The notes under the pieces: model-generated
Databases searched by the model: none
What the model saw: only the letters and a program-made list of their open reading frames with translations
What the model was told of the DNA's origin: nothing
Assembly: GCA_973851085.1 (NCBI GenBank)
Contig: OZ316775.1
Location: 3,720,001-3,784,000, forward strand
Direction of reading: 5' to 3'
Origin: Ptychomitrium polyphyllum
Taxonomy: Eukaryota
DNA length: 64,000 nt
Made by a program: the position numbers and the translations under genes
In this document: piece by piece, positions 26,154 through 38,720 of the stretch
Layout of the letters: every line of letters starts with the position of its first letter
How positions within the stretch are numbered: the stretch's first letter is position 1

Positions 26154-29100
26154 TCACCTCCCTTTTTAGCTCCAAGGTCTCCAAGGAGCATGTTGCAATA
26201 AGTGTTCAGAGTCGTAAGAAGTCAAAAATCTATCGCATGGTGTTTGCAACATATTCCAATTGCCTTTCTCGATTCAAATGATTCATAGGTCCTTATAACC
26301 AACAATAGTATCCAACACCTTTTACTTGGATCCAAGCATAAATTTTTGTATCTTTGTTGTGAAAGCATTCTTTAAACACTTCTTCTAAATAACCTTCATA
26401 AGTTGGTTCCACTTCAAAGACAATCACTAACGATCTATTGCTGAGTATCCTTTGACGTCTTTTTGGTCCAATTTATTCTTCATTACAAAGTTGTTGCTAA
26501 GAGCCACTTAATTGAGTTGACACCATTGGCATAGTATTTGAATCTTAACTGTCCATATTTAATATATCAAGGTATTCTCAAGGAACTATGATAAACTTCA
26601 AAATATAAACGACTGATTTCCAAATCATGTCTGGGGCTTTGGAAATCAATGATCTAGGAATTGCTTCCTCTCTTACTTAAAAGCCCAAGCATCAAGAGCC
26701 TTCAAGGTTACGCAACCTTACTGAGCCACTCTTCCTTTTGCTAGTACTTTTGGTTTGGATGGACGTTGTCGATGGAGCTTACAAATCTTTACTGGTGAAT
26801 TGGCAATATTATTAGCTGGCTCCCATGTACATTCATTGATGTCATATTTGCGCCAATGTACCAAGTATTCCAGCTTTCCACGACTTATCCGTGAGTCAAA
26901 CACTTCTTCCACTTCAAATTCATGATGATCGTCGATTTTAATCATAGGTGGTGGCAGCTGCATTCGTCTAGGAATTCTTGATTCGTTATAAGTTTCCAAA
27001 AGTAAAATGTAGAAGACGAGATGTAATTTCATTGATGTTGGTAGTTCTAAACTATATGCCACGTGATTGGCTTGTTTCTTGATTGTAAATGGTCTCAATT
27101 TTTGACAGTCCAACTTGTCACATGGCTTATTGGTCTTTATATTGCGTCAAAGGAGCCACACCTCCTCACCAACTTGGAATGGAGGTTGTTCCTTCCTTAT
27201 TGCATCTGCTGCTGTTTTACATCGCTTTCAAGCTTCTTTTAGTTGGGTCTTCATGGTTGTTTGAAGCTCTGCCATCCTCGTGGCATATTCCTCTGTTACT
27301 AGATTCTTAGATTGTGGACATTGTAACATATTCATCTTTGGATGATGTCCATAGTTGGAGTAGAATGGTCTTTGTTAGGTGGAAGCATGAGCGGTGTTGT
27401 TGTAGGTAAACTCAGCCAATTTCAAGTAGGAAGTCTAATCTTCTTATTAATAGTGTACCTCAAATATTGCTCCAAGATCTGGTTGACTTGCTTTGTTTGG
27501 CCATTGGTCTGAGGATAGAAAGCAGAAAAAAAAATTATGTCCACCTTAAGGATCTCAAAGAGCGACTTCTAAAATTTTGATACAAATTGTAGTCTACAAT
27601 TGAATATAATATTGTCGGATAGTCCATAATAGCGGTGGACATTATCCATAAAGAGTGTGGCAGTCTCTTCACTGGGAATTGTCTTCTTGTAAAGTACAAA
27701 ATGTGCCATCTTGGTCAACCGGTCTATTACAACAAAGATGGTATTAAAAAAATTTGAAAGTGGAAGATTTGTAATAAAATCCATTAAAATAAACAATTAC
27801 AATTGCCTCGGAATAGGCAGTGGTTGGAGAAGTTTATATGGACGGTGTTTAGGATTTTTTGAGCAAGAACAAGTATCACACGAGAGCACAAATTCCTTAA
27901 CGACCTTCCACATTTGAGGCGATCCAGAGTCAAGAGAGAGGAATTCCAAAGCTTTGTTGAATCCAAAATTAAATTAAGATAGAAACATACTCCAACAAGC
28001 TTGGCGGCGATATAAAATACAAGCTGACATGAAATATTCTAAGTTCTTATGATCTGTATATACAATCACTAAATGCGCGGCACGCTTGAGCAAGTGACGC
28101 CATTCATAGAAAGAATCCACGATTGCAATGAGTTCATTGGCGTGGATCTTGCAGTTCATTTTTGCAGCTAAAAATATTCTAGAATGGAATGCAATTAGAT
28201 GGAGTCTCCCTTTTCCTCTTGTTTGTGACAAAACTACTCCTAGTGCAAAATTGGAAGCGTTTGTTTCAAGATAAAATTGCTTGAAAAAATCTAGATGGAC
28301 CAGAATAAGAGCTAAAATAAAGGCTTGCTTAAAACTTTGGAATGCAACCTTAGCATCAGATTCCCACTCAAACTTTTCCTTGCATGTTATTCGTATAAGA
28401 AGTGCAGCTATTCAAAAACAATCCTTGATGAAGAAATTATTGAAGTTTGCAAATTCAAGAAAACATTGGCCATTACGTACCAATTTTGGCCTTGTCCAAT
28501 TGTTGATTGCTTTGGCCTTTTCTGGATCCATTAATAGTCCTTTGATGAAGATGATATATCCAAAAAATTCCACTTGAGGTTTATAGAATATACATTTCTC
28601 TAGCTTGGCATATAAATTTGCATTTTGTAGCTTTTGTAGGACTATGCGGACATGTCGTTCATGTTCCTTTAGATTCTTTGAATAGATCAAGATATCATCC
28701 AAATATCATACAACAAAATCATTGAAGCACTTCTAAAATATGTCATTCATCAAGTGCTGAAAAATGGCAGGTGAGTTGGTGAGTCCAAAAGGCATGACAT
28801 TATATTCAAAATGTCCATACCTTGTTCAAAAAGTCGTCTTCCATTTATCTCCTTCTTTTATACACACCAAATTGTAGGCTCCTCGGAGGTCTATTTTTAT
28901 ATAGATTTTTGCTTGACCAAGTTGATCAAGAAGTCCAGATATCAACGGTAATGGATATCAATTCTTCACTATTATTTTATTGGCGCCACAATAATCAACA
29001 CACATTTGTAAAAATTCATCTTTTTTTTTTACAAAAAATATTGGACCACTAGCATGAGATTTTGAATGTCAAATGAAATTCTTGACTAAGTTTTCATCAA

Positions 29101-29660
29101 TAGACTCTCTCAGTGATGAAAGCTTGTTTTGGGATAAATGTCCAAATGGTAGTTGGGCGCCGTCTTGAATGTCTATGGCAATAGTCATAGGGACAATGTT
29201 CTGATAGAGTGTCTGCATTTTTCATTTTGAATACATCGTTGAATTCCTTATATTTTTCTGGAATAGTTGAGGATGAAGCCACAACTTTAAATGTTGAAGT
29301 TGCATACATAGCAAAAAAAACACTAGTCTTTGCTGCTCTTATAAATGCTCTAGCTTCAATAAAGAGAGGTTTCATGGTCTTAGATCTGTAAGATGCTGTA
29401 AGATGCTTCAGCTTCCTCCATAGGCTTAGTGGTTACAAGTTTTGATGATGGAAATTATATTTTGCAAGATGCCCAGTCTATCTACAGCTTGTACTTTTCA
29501 AGCAAAAAACCCCTAGAATGATGGGACTTGACAGAGACCTAATGACATTAAATATCACTTTGACTACTATGGTTGTTCAATGTTACTATTAATGGATTGG
29601 TCTCATAAATAATATCTTTGGAAGATAACGGTGGACCATTTATGACTTTTACATGGACGG

Positions 29661-31206
29661 TGTCATGCTGTAAATAAATATATGGCTTAAAACTTAACTA
29701 ATATGTATTATTTTGTGGATTTTGATTTATTATGTTTTAGAAAGGAGTAATAGGATGAAAAGAAAATTTAGGTGAAAGAATTGTGGTGAAACCACGGTTT
29801 TGAGTGTTTTGGAGGTAGAACTGCATCTTGTCTTAGCTCAGGGTAAAGGCGCCGGTTGACTGTGTTATTTTCCTGTCTGTTGTTTTCACTAGCAAAACCA
29901 AGCTAAGTGCCGCCATCCCAGTCAACAAATCCAATAAGAATCAAATTTGGACCAATTTTGCAGCTGAAATTTATCCAATCAACCAAGTTCATGGCTTAGT
30001 GTTTGATTTTATTTCAACAGTGATTTTATATTCATTGAAATTCAATTTTTTTACTATTTTTATAAAAAAAAAATTAGTTTTAGTTTTCTACTTTAGATTT
30101 GTAAAGATTGGTTTTGTCTTTCTTTGTAGTTTGGAGTCTAAAAGTTTTAGCTAAAGAAAGAAAAAAAGAAAAGCAAAAGCAAAAGATTAAGGTTGTTTTT
30201 TATTTGAAAATATAATTGAATAAGGGCTTGATAAAGGAGATTAAAAGCTAGTGTGAAGAGATAAGGCTAATGTAGAGTGATAAAAGGCGGATGTGGCGGT
30301 TTGACCACCACCTTCTTCTTCTCTCTTGGCCTCTCCCACTTGTTACTTAAGGCAGCCCTTCTTTCAACCATATCTTATAGTAAACTTCTTATTTTGAACT
30401 GAATTTTGTTAAGTTTTCTTTCTTTATTTGTAGGATTTTTAGAATGCCATCACACGCTCCATTTGGAATTGTTATGTGACCGTGGCACTAGTTTGAATAG
30501 AGTTGGTCCAGTTGTCTTAAGTTTTGATAACAACTACTTTGAACGTTTATAACTTCTTGTAAAAACAATCTTTGAAGATGAAATTTGGAGGATAGAATTT
30601 TGACTACTTTAAAATGATGGTGTAAAAATTTTTAGGAAAAAAGGCTTTTGTAAGAAAGTATGTAACCGGGCTTTGAAAGGTAGTTGACAACAGAGTTGGA
30701 GTTATATATTTTGGCTATAAAAGAGGATTGTAGAGGTTTCTAAGGTTGATATTTTGGTGAAATATTTATTGTAAGATATATTGTGTGTGGACTAACTTTA
30801 GAATCTAAATTCATAGTAAAAAGGAAGTTATAAGGTGCTAAAATGAGGGAGGTGTGGTGAGAATGATGAGAGCTTTGATTGCATTGTTCTCAAAAAATAT
30901 AGCAGTTGTGTTTATAAAACTTTTAGTGTAGCTTTTTACATTCCTTTAGAACATAATATTAAAATACCAAGGTCATTGGACTTTGAAATTAAGAAATACG
31001 GACAAATTTGTAAGTATGATTTTAAGAGCAGGATATAGTTACGGTTTGGATTTGGAATAAGAACTTTACAAAGTACGTGAAGTATGATAAAAAAACTTTT
31101 GCACATAATCAACTTCAAGTATAATATCATCTTATCAAATTATTGAAGAATTAGTAGCAACTAGAGGCCCAGTGTTTTCTCAAAGCAAGGCTCTTCCTCT
31201 ATGACA
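29661..31206. mobile_element. Solo-LTR-like insertion (1546 bp) in the chromovirus protease
   Basis: Termini TGTCAT...ATGACA, flanked on both sides by ACGG. Excision restores the frame. Confidence 0.85.
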
Positions 31207-32122
31207 ACGGGTTTGGATGTTCTAATAAAAGAAAGTTTATGGCTTTTCATAAATTCTTTGTCAATAAAGCAAGCAAAGGCTCTTGAATCTATTATAGCAA
31301 GGCTTCTGAGCTTCTAAACACCTAAACAAACAGGTACAATAAAATAAGAAAAAATATAAATTGATAAAATAGGATTTTTTTTTCTTGCAAGAGAAGCAAA
31401 TCTAGCCGCACGGTCCTATTGTGGCTGAACGTCTTTATTTTTTTGCAAAGTATTTGGCGTTGTAGTTGTTCCTCTCATGTAATATGAACAAAGAGGTTTC
31501 ACTAGGCAGTTTTCAACCTTGTGGCCAGATTTTACACTATACAAACACAATTTTTGTTCACTTTGTTGCGTCTTCTTATATTTGGTAAGAAGTTAAAAGA
31601 AAATCACATCAATCTGCATGGCTTCCGCTTCCAAATACTTATTAGAGGTAGATGGGATTGAAGCTATTGAAAAGTTGATATATGGCCAAGGAGTAATTAA
31701 AGTTTGTTTATCTTGTCAATGTTGAAATAGACAATTATTGCACTTCAAAGCATGACTAATGGCCTCATAAAGTAATTGAGGGTCTGGCATGAATAGCAAT
31801 AAATCTTTAAGCTTCTCGTGTGCATTCCAATGAAATTGACTCATCAACGCTTTTTCACCTCAATTATTGTTGCTTGCAAGTTAACAAAATTCTAATGCAT
31901 AAATTAAAATAGAATGTGGTCCTTGGCGCAAGGCACAACTCTTAGTAATTGCAAAATGGAGCTTATTATGGTCACCAAATGCTTTTGCAAATGCGGCTAG
32001 GAACGCATCAAAGTTGCTAAGTATGGAAGAATTCTTCTCAAAAAGTAGTGAAGACCAAAACAATGCTTGTTCTGAGAGCAACGTTCTTACCAAACCAACG
32101 CGCAAAGCATTTGTAGGATACC

Positions 32123-33281
32123 TGTCGCAACCCTTGTAATGCACCTTAACAACATCACGCACGTCAACCTTGTACACCTCCACAATGTACATGGTTAACC
32201 CCCATTTTTAGTCTCCAAGTCCCAAGCTTGGTTTCTAAATTTCTCTACCATTTCTCTTTAGGCACCCAATTGATTGGTAGTAAATGTTTAAATACGGACT
32301 TCCATTCATGTCCAAGGCTTCACTTGGTGTTATTCTCATTCCACACGGCCTAACCGCACTTAGTGGTGTCTTCTCACCACCACACATGATTTCCATGTGA
32401 TTTTAAGATCACCTCGGGTCACCATAATGCCAACGTGAAGACACCACCCCAACTTAATGGTAACAAGCGTGCCTTTTTAATCACATTAGTTCCCTTTGTG
32501 AAACCGGTCATCCATCGGCTCACAATGGTGTAGGAGTCTCCGTGGTGAAGCCCCAACACTAACTTTACCAACCGGGACTCACCCTTGGTTCCTACCGGGA
32601 CACTAGGGGAGTGGGGAGGGGGGCCAGCCCTCCCTTATAGTACTCTCTGTAGGAATCTGCAGGCCCCCTGGCCTTCTATAGCTGGCTAAATCCTGACACA
32701 TCAAAAACTTTGGAAGACCACCTGATCTTTCTTAGGACTTAGCCGCTGGAAGCCTCCGGGATTTCTTGCCGACCTTTAGAGAGCCATATCGTCTACGTTT
32801 GGTCTCTAAATTTATCAAGCAATTACTCTATTATCATTCACTCTTTGCGCAGATGCCGATAGATTCTTCAAACTTCCGATTTGAATTAGTATTCTAGGAA
32901 ATATACCTCTCCCAAGGTTCGGGACTCCTCGGGAGTTCGTCTGTGCATTGTCCCAGTTTAGCACAGTCATAGTTTAGGGCTGCTACAGTCCAGAACAGCC
33001 TTTAGAAGCTCCAACTTTAGGGTGCCATATCTTTTAGCTCCCTTGTCCAATTTGAGCAATCTCTAGCATTCTAGAATTTGTCATGAGTCCTCTAATGCCT
33101 ACAATTTCTCCCTCGTGGCCCTCAGTTACATGGGCAAGGATATCTCTCCCCCTCGGGGTCTTTCTCATGTTAGGCCCACTCGGTTCACCTCACTATCGGC
33201 GCTACAAGTCCCGGACGTCACTCCGGGGTCTCCCTTGTGTTATTAGTGTTGCGGGCACAACTGAAGGACAGGTGTGCGACA
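32123..33281. mobile_element. Solo-LTR-like insertion (1159 bp) in the chromovirus gag
   Basis: Termini TGTCGCA...TGCGACA; flanks ATACC / ATGCC. Excision restores the gag frame. Confidence 0.85.
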
Positions 33282-36200
33282 ATGCCATTGAAATTGAAGC
33301 AAGGCAACAAGTTGAACTTAATTTATAAAGCCTTGAAATTTTGAACGTGTACCATCAAACTTTTTTGGAAGGTTGATTCTTGATTCTTTGGTTGTTGATA
33401 TTGTGTTGATATTGTATGGATACTCCAACACGGAGCACCAACATTTTTGAGGAGATTAAATGCTTGAATCACATCCATAGTAGAATATACAAGAATTCAA
33501 TATGATACAATTTCACTTATTTGATGAAATTGGATTTATAAATAAAAATGGCATTCCTATTTCATTGATTGAAATTAATTTAGGAATATTTCAAATGCTA
33601 TAAGTTCCAATGCAACCTTAAAAATTCTTCTTTTTAAATTATAAAAAATAAAAATACCTTTTAATAACCATTAATATCAATAAATAATAAATTATTATTT
33701 TTTATTATTGCTTTGTTGTAATGTATAAGATGTGTTGTATTCAACAAAAAAATGATGATTCAAAAAATTCATAATAGATGAAATTATTATAGCTACACAA
33801 TGAATACATGGTCCTAAATTACTTAAAATATAAATTTAAGATTGCAATGTGAATACAATAGCCAAAATTATTTTAGACCATAGTTGCTTTTAGTAAAAAA
33901 ACTTAATATTTCAAATATATAATTTATAAAAAGATATTTTAGCAATTGGATAATTTTGAAGCTTAAGATGAAGGGAATCTATTGAATAATTTTTGTGAAT
34001 TATTCTTTGTAAGGTTGTAATTTTTATCACACATTTATGGATGAAAAATTAAAAAATTTATATAGTGTTATATATAATGACGTGTTTGTATGCATTTAAA
34101 GGAATTTACCAAACCTTATCATCTAATATTACAAGCATGTATAAGGTATTATATTGAATTGTTTTATATAAGGTTTTAATGGATTTTTAAACTATGTAGT
34201 AGCTTTCTTATTTATAAGCAAATTTTTAAAGGAAATTGTTATCCAAAATTCTACCAATTGCATTGCCCATTACAATAAACAATATATACTTGACCAATGA
34301 AAAATAATTAATCAATAATCACATATAAATTGTAGGCATAATACAATATAAAAGTATTAAAGATATTGTAATTTTAGATTTATTTATAATAATATATTAA
34401 TACAGGTTTTATATTCAATAGTTTTTGGCTACAGTTTACACTGTGCTTGTTGATCATCCTATGATAAATAGTATTAATTTGCTATTTATGCTAATTCATG
34501 AGTACAGAATCCACATAATATGAACACTGGCATAAAAACTAAAAATTTGGTTTTGGGAAGTCTTGTATGGTTCTACAAATATGTATAATTTGATGAGTCT
34601 TCAAAATTTGAAAAATTATTTAAATTTCCAATTCACCTAGAAAAACCTCATTAGAATTGCCAATTTTTAAAAACTCCCATTCACTTTTTGAAGTAGGAAG
34701 TCATTTGATGGGGTGGTGGAAATATTTGAGGAATTTAATGAACTACAAAAAATTCCACATCAAGAATTTGCATTTTAAACCTATTTTTTATTTTAAACTC
34801 ATTTCAATTAGTGATACTTTGCTTGCAATCAAATTTAGAAGTACTTTTAATTCTAATGTTTAAAATTTAATTTTTTATTTTAGTAGTAGCATTAATAAAT
34901 CCAATTTTATAAATAGGATTAGTTTCAAAATGATCAAATAATTTTTATAAATGAACACAAAGTATGCTTTGGTGATTGAGTGTGCACTTGCACCACAATA
35001 TCCATTAGAGAAAGATTACAAGAAGAGTGATAGGAATCATAATATGCTAGCTTAGGAGTTGGACTACACAATTTTAGAAGTTGAAATTCAACTAAAAACA
35101 TCATTTAAATATTTAATTTGGTCTCTAAAGGTTTTATTTAGATTTCAACTCTTGAATTTGAGCAATCATTTTTTTTCTATGATTTTTTAAAATATGAAGG
35201 ATTCAAATCATCTTAATTCTTTAAATATGGTGTGAAATTAAAAAAAAACTATCATATAAACAAACCACAAAATCATGATATAGTGTAGTAATTTTTCATA
35301 ATTAATTGTAATTTCAAGTAACTATATACCTATTTGCAAGCTATCAATAAGAACTTATTAATTGTAAATTTGTGGAAAATTCAAATAAATGAGAAAATTA
35401 TAAAAACTTCATGGAAAGTGCATAATGTGGTGTGTAATTATGTTTGTTTAAAAATCATTATTTTTATAAACTTTATAGCTTGCTAAGTACTAGGGTTTAA
35501 CAGGACTATAAATGGCTTGGTTGTGAAAAGATTTAGACATGTATTTTTTTTCTTGATTTTTCATTTTGTCATATGATGCAAACTTTTCACATAGACTCTT
35601 CTTTCACACACATTTGAATACCCAAAATCTACATATGTTTATATAATATTAGATGTCAAGAAATTAGTAAGGAATAATCTAAACATCCTATTATTTTTGC
35701 TTTATAGTCTCTATTATTTTAATATATACACCAATCCAAGTTTTTCAAAACTGATATTTGTGTTGTAGGATTGAATTTACATCCTCAATGTTCTTTAACA
35801 CCCTGACCCTCTACCACTATTACATTCAAGCATCTAGCTGAATATTTTAGTGTATCCAAAATTGAACACCTGGAAAAGAATCTGGATAGTGTTATAATAG
35901 TGTTCCTTGTGGTAAAAGGTTATCCACTTAAAAGAATGTTGTTATAGGATAGCACTTGACAAGGCTAATCATCTGCCTATTTTTGAGGTTTTTTTTGTGC
36001 TTCTTTTAAGGACTATCTTGTGTGTTGAATACTTTGGATACTTCCCAACAAACTTCATGCAAGGATAAGGTTATCCCCCTTACTACAAAGTTGGGTGTTG
36101 CTGAAATAATATTTTCATTCAAGAGTATGATATCCACTAGGACTCCTGCTAATCTAGATGACATGTCCAAGAATACTTATCAAAACTTGCTTTGATTTCC

Positions 36201-36752
36201 CCTTCTATTACTTCATGTTCATTAGGGCTCAGATCATCTTGTAGTTGTTTAATCTAGAAGGTTATGACTAGTCTTGGAGATGGATACCAAAATGAGGTGA
36301 AGCTGTGCCCATCCTTCTACAGGAATTAGAATAATTGACAGTAACTTACTTTTGTGTGAGAGAAATGTTGGTGCTGTCTGGAGGTTCTGTATCATGACTC
36401 TTGATCATATATGGGAATTTCATGATCACAGTTGACATACTCTTTTATTTGATGGACAGCATGCCCCTAATCTAGTTACAAAAAAACGCTGACATTTCTA
36501 AGTTAAGAATGTGCTCACATGCATTCTAGAAACTGGGAGCCCCTCACTTCCTAGCCTCAAGACAGGTGAGGCTTCACCATTGGCTTGAGCCAGGAGAGCC
36601 CCACTGTCTTGAGTTTTGATCCAAGTCCTCCACATTTTTATTGGGTGCTTGAAGAACTTGGTGGGAACCTCTAAGTGGGGGCAGGCCAATTGGGAGGACT
36701 CCCTTGCAGTCTCACCCACCATACAAGGGACTAAATGGAGGGAGTCACTCTT

Positions 36753-36787
36753 GGGGTGGGGGTGGGGGTGGGGGTGGGGTGGGAGGG
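36753..36787 (+). repeat. G-run array (potential G-quadruplex)
   Basis: GGGG T GGGGG T GGGGG T GGGGG T GGGG T GGG A GGG: seven G-tracts with 1-nt loops. Confidence 0.8.
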
Positions 36788-37479
36788 ATCAAGTGCAACA
36801 GGATGGACACAGGAGGGGAGTGAAGGGCAAAGCGAGGTGGGGCTTGGCTCAGCTCAGCATGGAGATCTATACAATGTTTTTACTTTTTTAAAACAATTCC
36901 TTTCAACTACTACTTTTTTGCAACTTCGCCACCTTTTATTTTGTCACCCAGTTCTATGGTGTGCATTCAAAATTGATTCAACCAATATGCATTGTTGTAA
37001 TGCTCTTCAAGAGTCATTCTCCCTAATTGTTGCCTAGGAATGGAGTTGCCTATTAATGGAAAAATGAATTCATCATGTCAAACAATTGACTGTTTTGTTA
37101 AGCATGGCAAAGTTTGCATATATCCACATATGCTTTACAAGGTTAGCTGTGTTGACATGTTCATGTGTAAACATCCAGCTCCATCTTAGCCGCATATGCT
37201 TATATGCTTATATGGACTAATATTAAAAAAAATAAGTAATAAGGAACTTGAGACAAAATGTTGTCTCAAGAATTAGCCTTTAAAGATTTATTAAATAATA
37301 TGAGTTGATGTGAGAACTAGAAACAAGGTAACACAATGGATATGCTTTACAATTTGTATTGACAAGACCAAGTTGTACGTCATCTTGCATTTAATTAATA
37401 CCATAAAGCCCATGTTTCCTAAGGTATTTTTAAAAATTTGCATATGAAGTTATAGAATATTTTGGAGGTTTATTAAACC

Positions 37480-37699
37480 TTAGTAAGAAATTTCTTAAAG
37501 AGGGAGAAGCTACGGGAAGCTATTGGGAGCTATGGGAAGCTTCTTAAAAGTTACTAGACACTTTTGGAATCTATTATAAGGTTCTTAAAAGTTACTAAAA
37601 TTACTAGAAGGTTATGAAAGTTACACAAAACTAATGTAAGCTACTAGAAGTTATTGTAAGGTTTTTCAAGACTATATTGTATGATGTATATTTGTAACA
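37480..37699. repeat. Degenerate short-period (about 9-10 bp) array, probably an LTR remnant
   Basis: GGGAAGCTA / AAAGTTACT / TAGAAG units ending in TGTAACA, similar in style to the LTR at 25845-26153. No left terminus or TSD found. Confidence 0.4.
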
Positions 37700-38169
37700 A
37701 TTATTATTTATATCCATACTTTCTCCATGTGCTTCATCACATTTATTCATCAAACCTTTTGTATGTTTTACTTGAGTTTTTTTTTAATAAAATTTCTAAT
37801 ATAATGCATATTATCTTATAAAAATAACTTCTTTTCCTTTTATGTAATTTAAATAATAAACTGTTAATCCATGCCTCCTTTGCATGGAGTTTATGCAATA
37901 ATAGTTTACATTTTATTTGCTTATTATTAGTTCTTGGTTTTTTCAACACCAAATATCTTATTTTTAATGATTGTTCTTGTTTTATTGATTCTTTATTTCT
38001 TAATTTTGTCAAATATTACCAAATATAGCTAAATAATATCCATGTTTGGAATACATCCTTCATTCTATGCAACAATGCCACTTTTATTATTGTCACTACA
38101 CAACATGAAGAAATGGGCATTTTCCACCTTCAACATTAAGGCCTAGTGTAACAAAGAATGGCATCCCTA

Positions 38170-38720
38170 ATGGTTGGTTCTTACAAAGAATCTATCATCC
38201 ATGTAAAATTTAGAATATTACTTTTTACCATATCCAACATTTATTTTATTTATATGACTAATAAAAAAATAGCTTATTTGTATTTGGATTTAGTGGATTA
38301 TAAACTTGATGAAATATAACATTTTTTTCAATCCATCTTGGAATAATTTTCTTTACAACTTTATGGTCATATCATTACATTTTCCATGCTTTAGAAGATG
38401 GTACAACATATTTAACACTTTTTTGGATCCAAAAAATAAATAAAATATTTGTTGTTCATATAATGTACGTTTCTTGTGCATAATATTTTGCAACCTTTTA
38501 AAATGAGCTAGAATCAACTTGATATTGTTCAAGTTGGTGAACATTTCAATACAATTGCCTAGTCGCTTTGATGAATGGGTAAGAAATAAAGATTGATTTT
38601 GATCCTAATTCATGACAGTTATGTTCTGTATTAACATGTATTTAAATATCTTGCCCTTTCTCATTTGGATATATAATTCTCACATATAATTTGTAGACCA
38701 CATTTTTGCAGTGAAATACT
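38170..38720 (-). mobile_element. Probable highly decayed Mutator-like (MULE) transposase relic
   Basis: Fragments across frames: EHNCHELGS, LYFLPIH, CIEMF..LNNIKL and LLVI*IK*MLDMVK...WMIDS, resembling the Zn-binding and first catalytic-Asp regions of MULE transposases. Weak, by-eye match. Confidence 0.3.

Larger units (their letters stand above)
25845..33478 (-). mobile_element. Decayed Ty3/gypsy chromovirus LTR retrotransposon (gag-PR-RT-RH-IN-chromodomain); 5' LTR not found; interrupted by two nested insertions
   Basis: Putative gag ATG at 33478, LPKKFDGTRSKFQGF, degenerate Zn knuckle CLYS..SGHKVENC (~31500-31550), protease IIDSRAFACFID (~31260-31300), RT YLDDILIYS (~28680-28705), RNase H ELIAIVDSFYEWRHLL..VYTDHKNLEYF, integrase MDFITNLP..VIDRLTKMAHF, chromodomain FEVEEVFDSR..YLVHWRKYD..CTWEP. 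Many stops and frameshifts. Confidence 0.93.
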
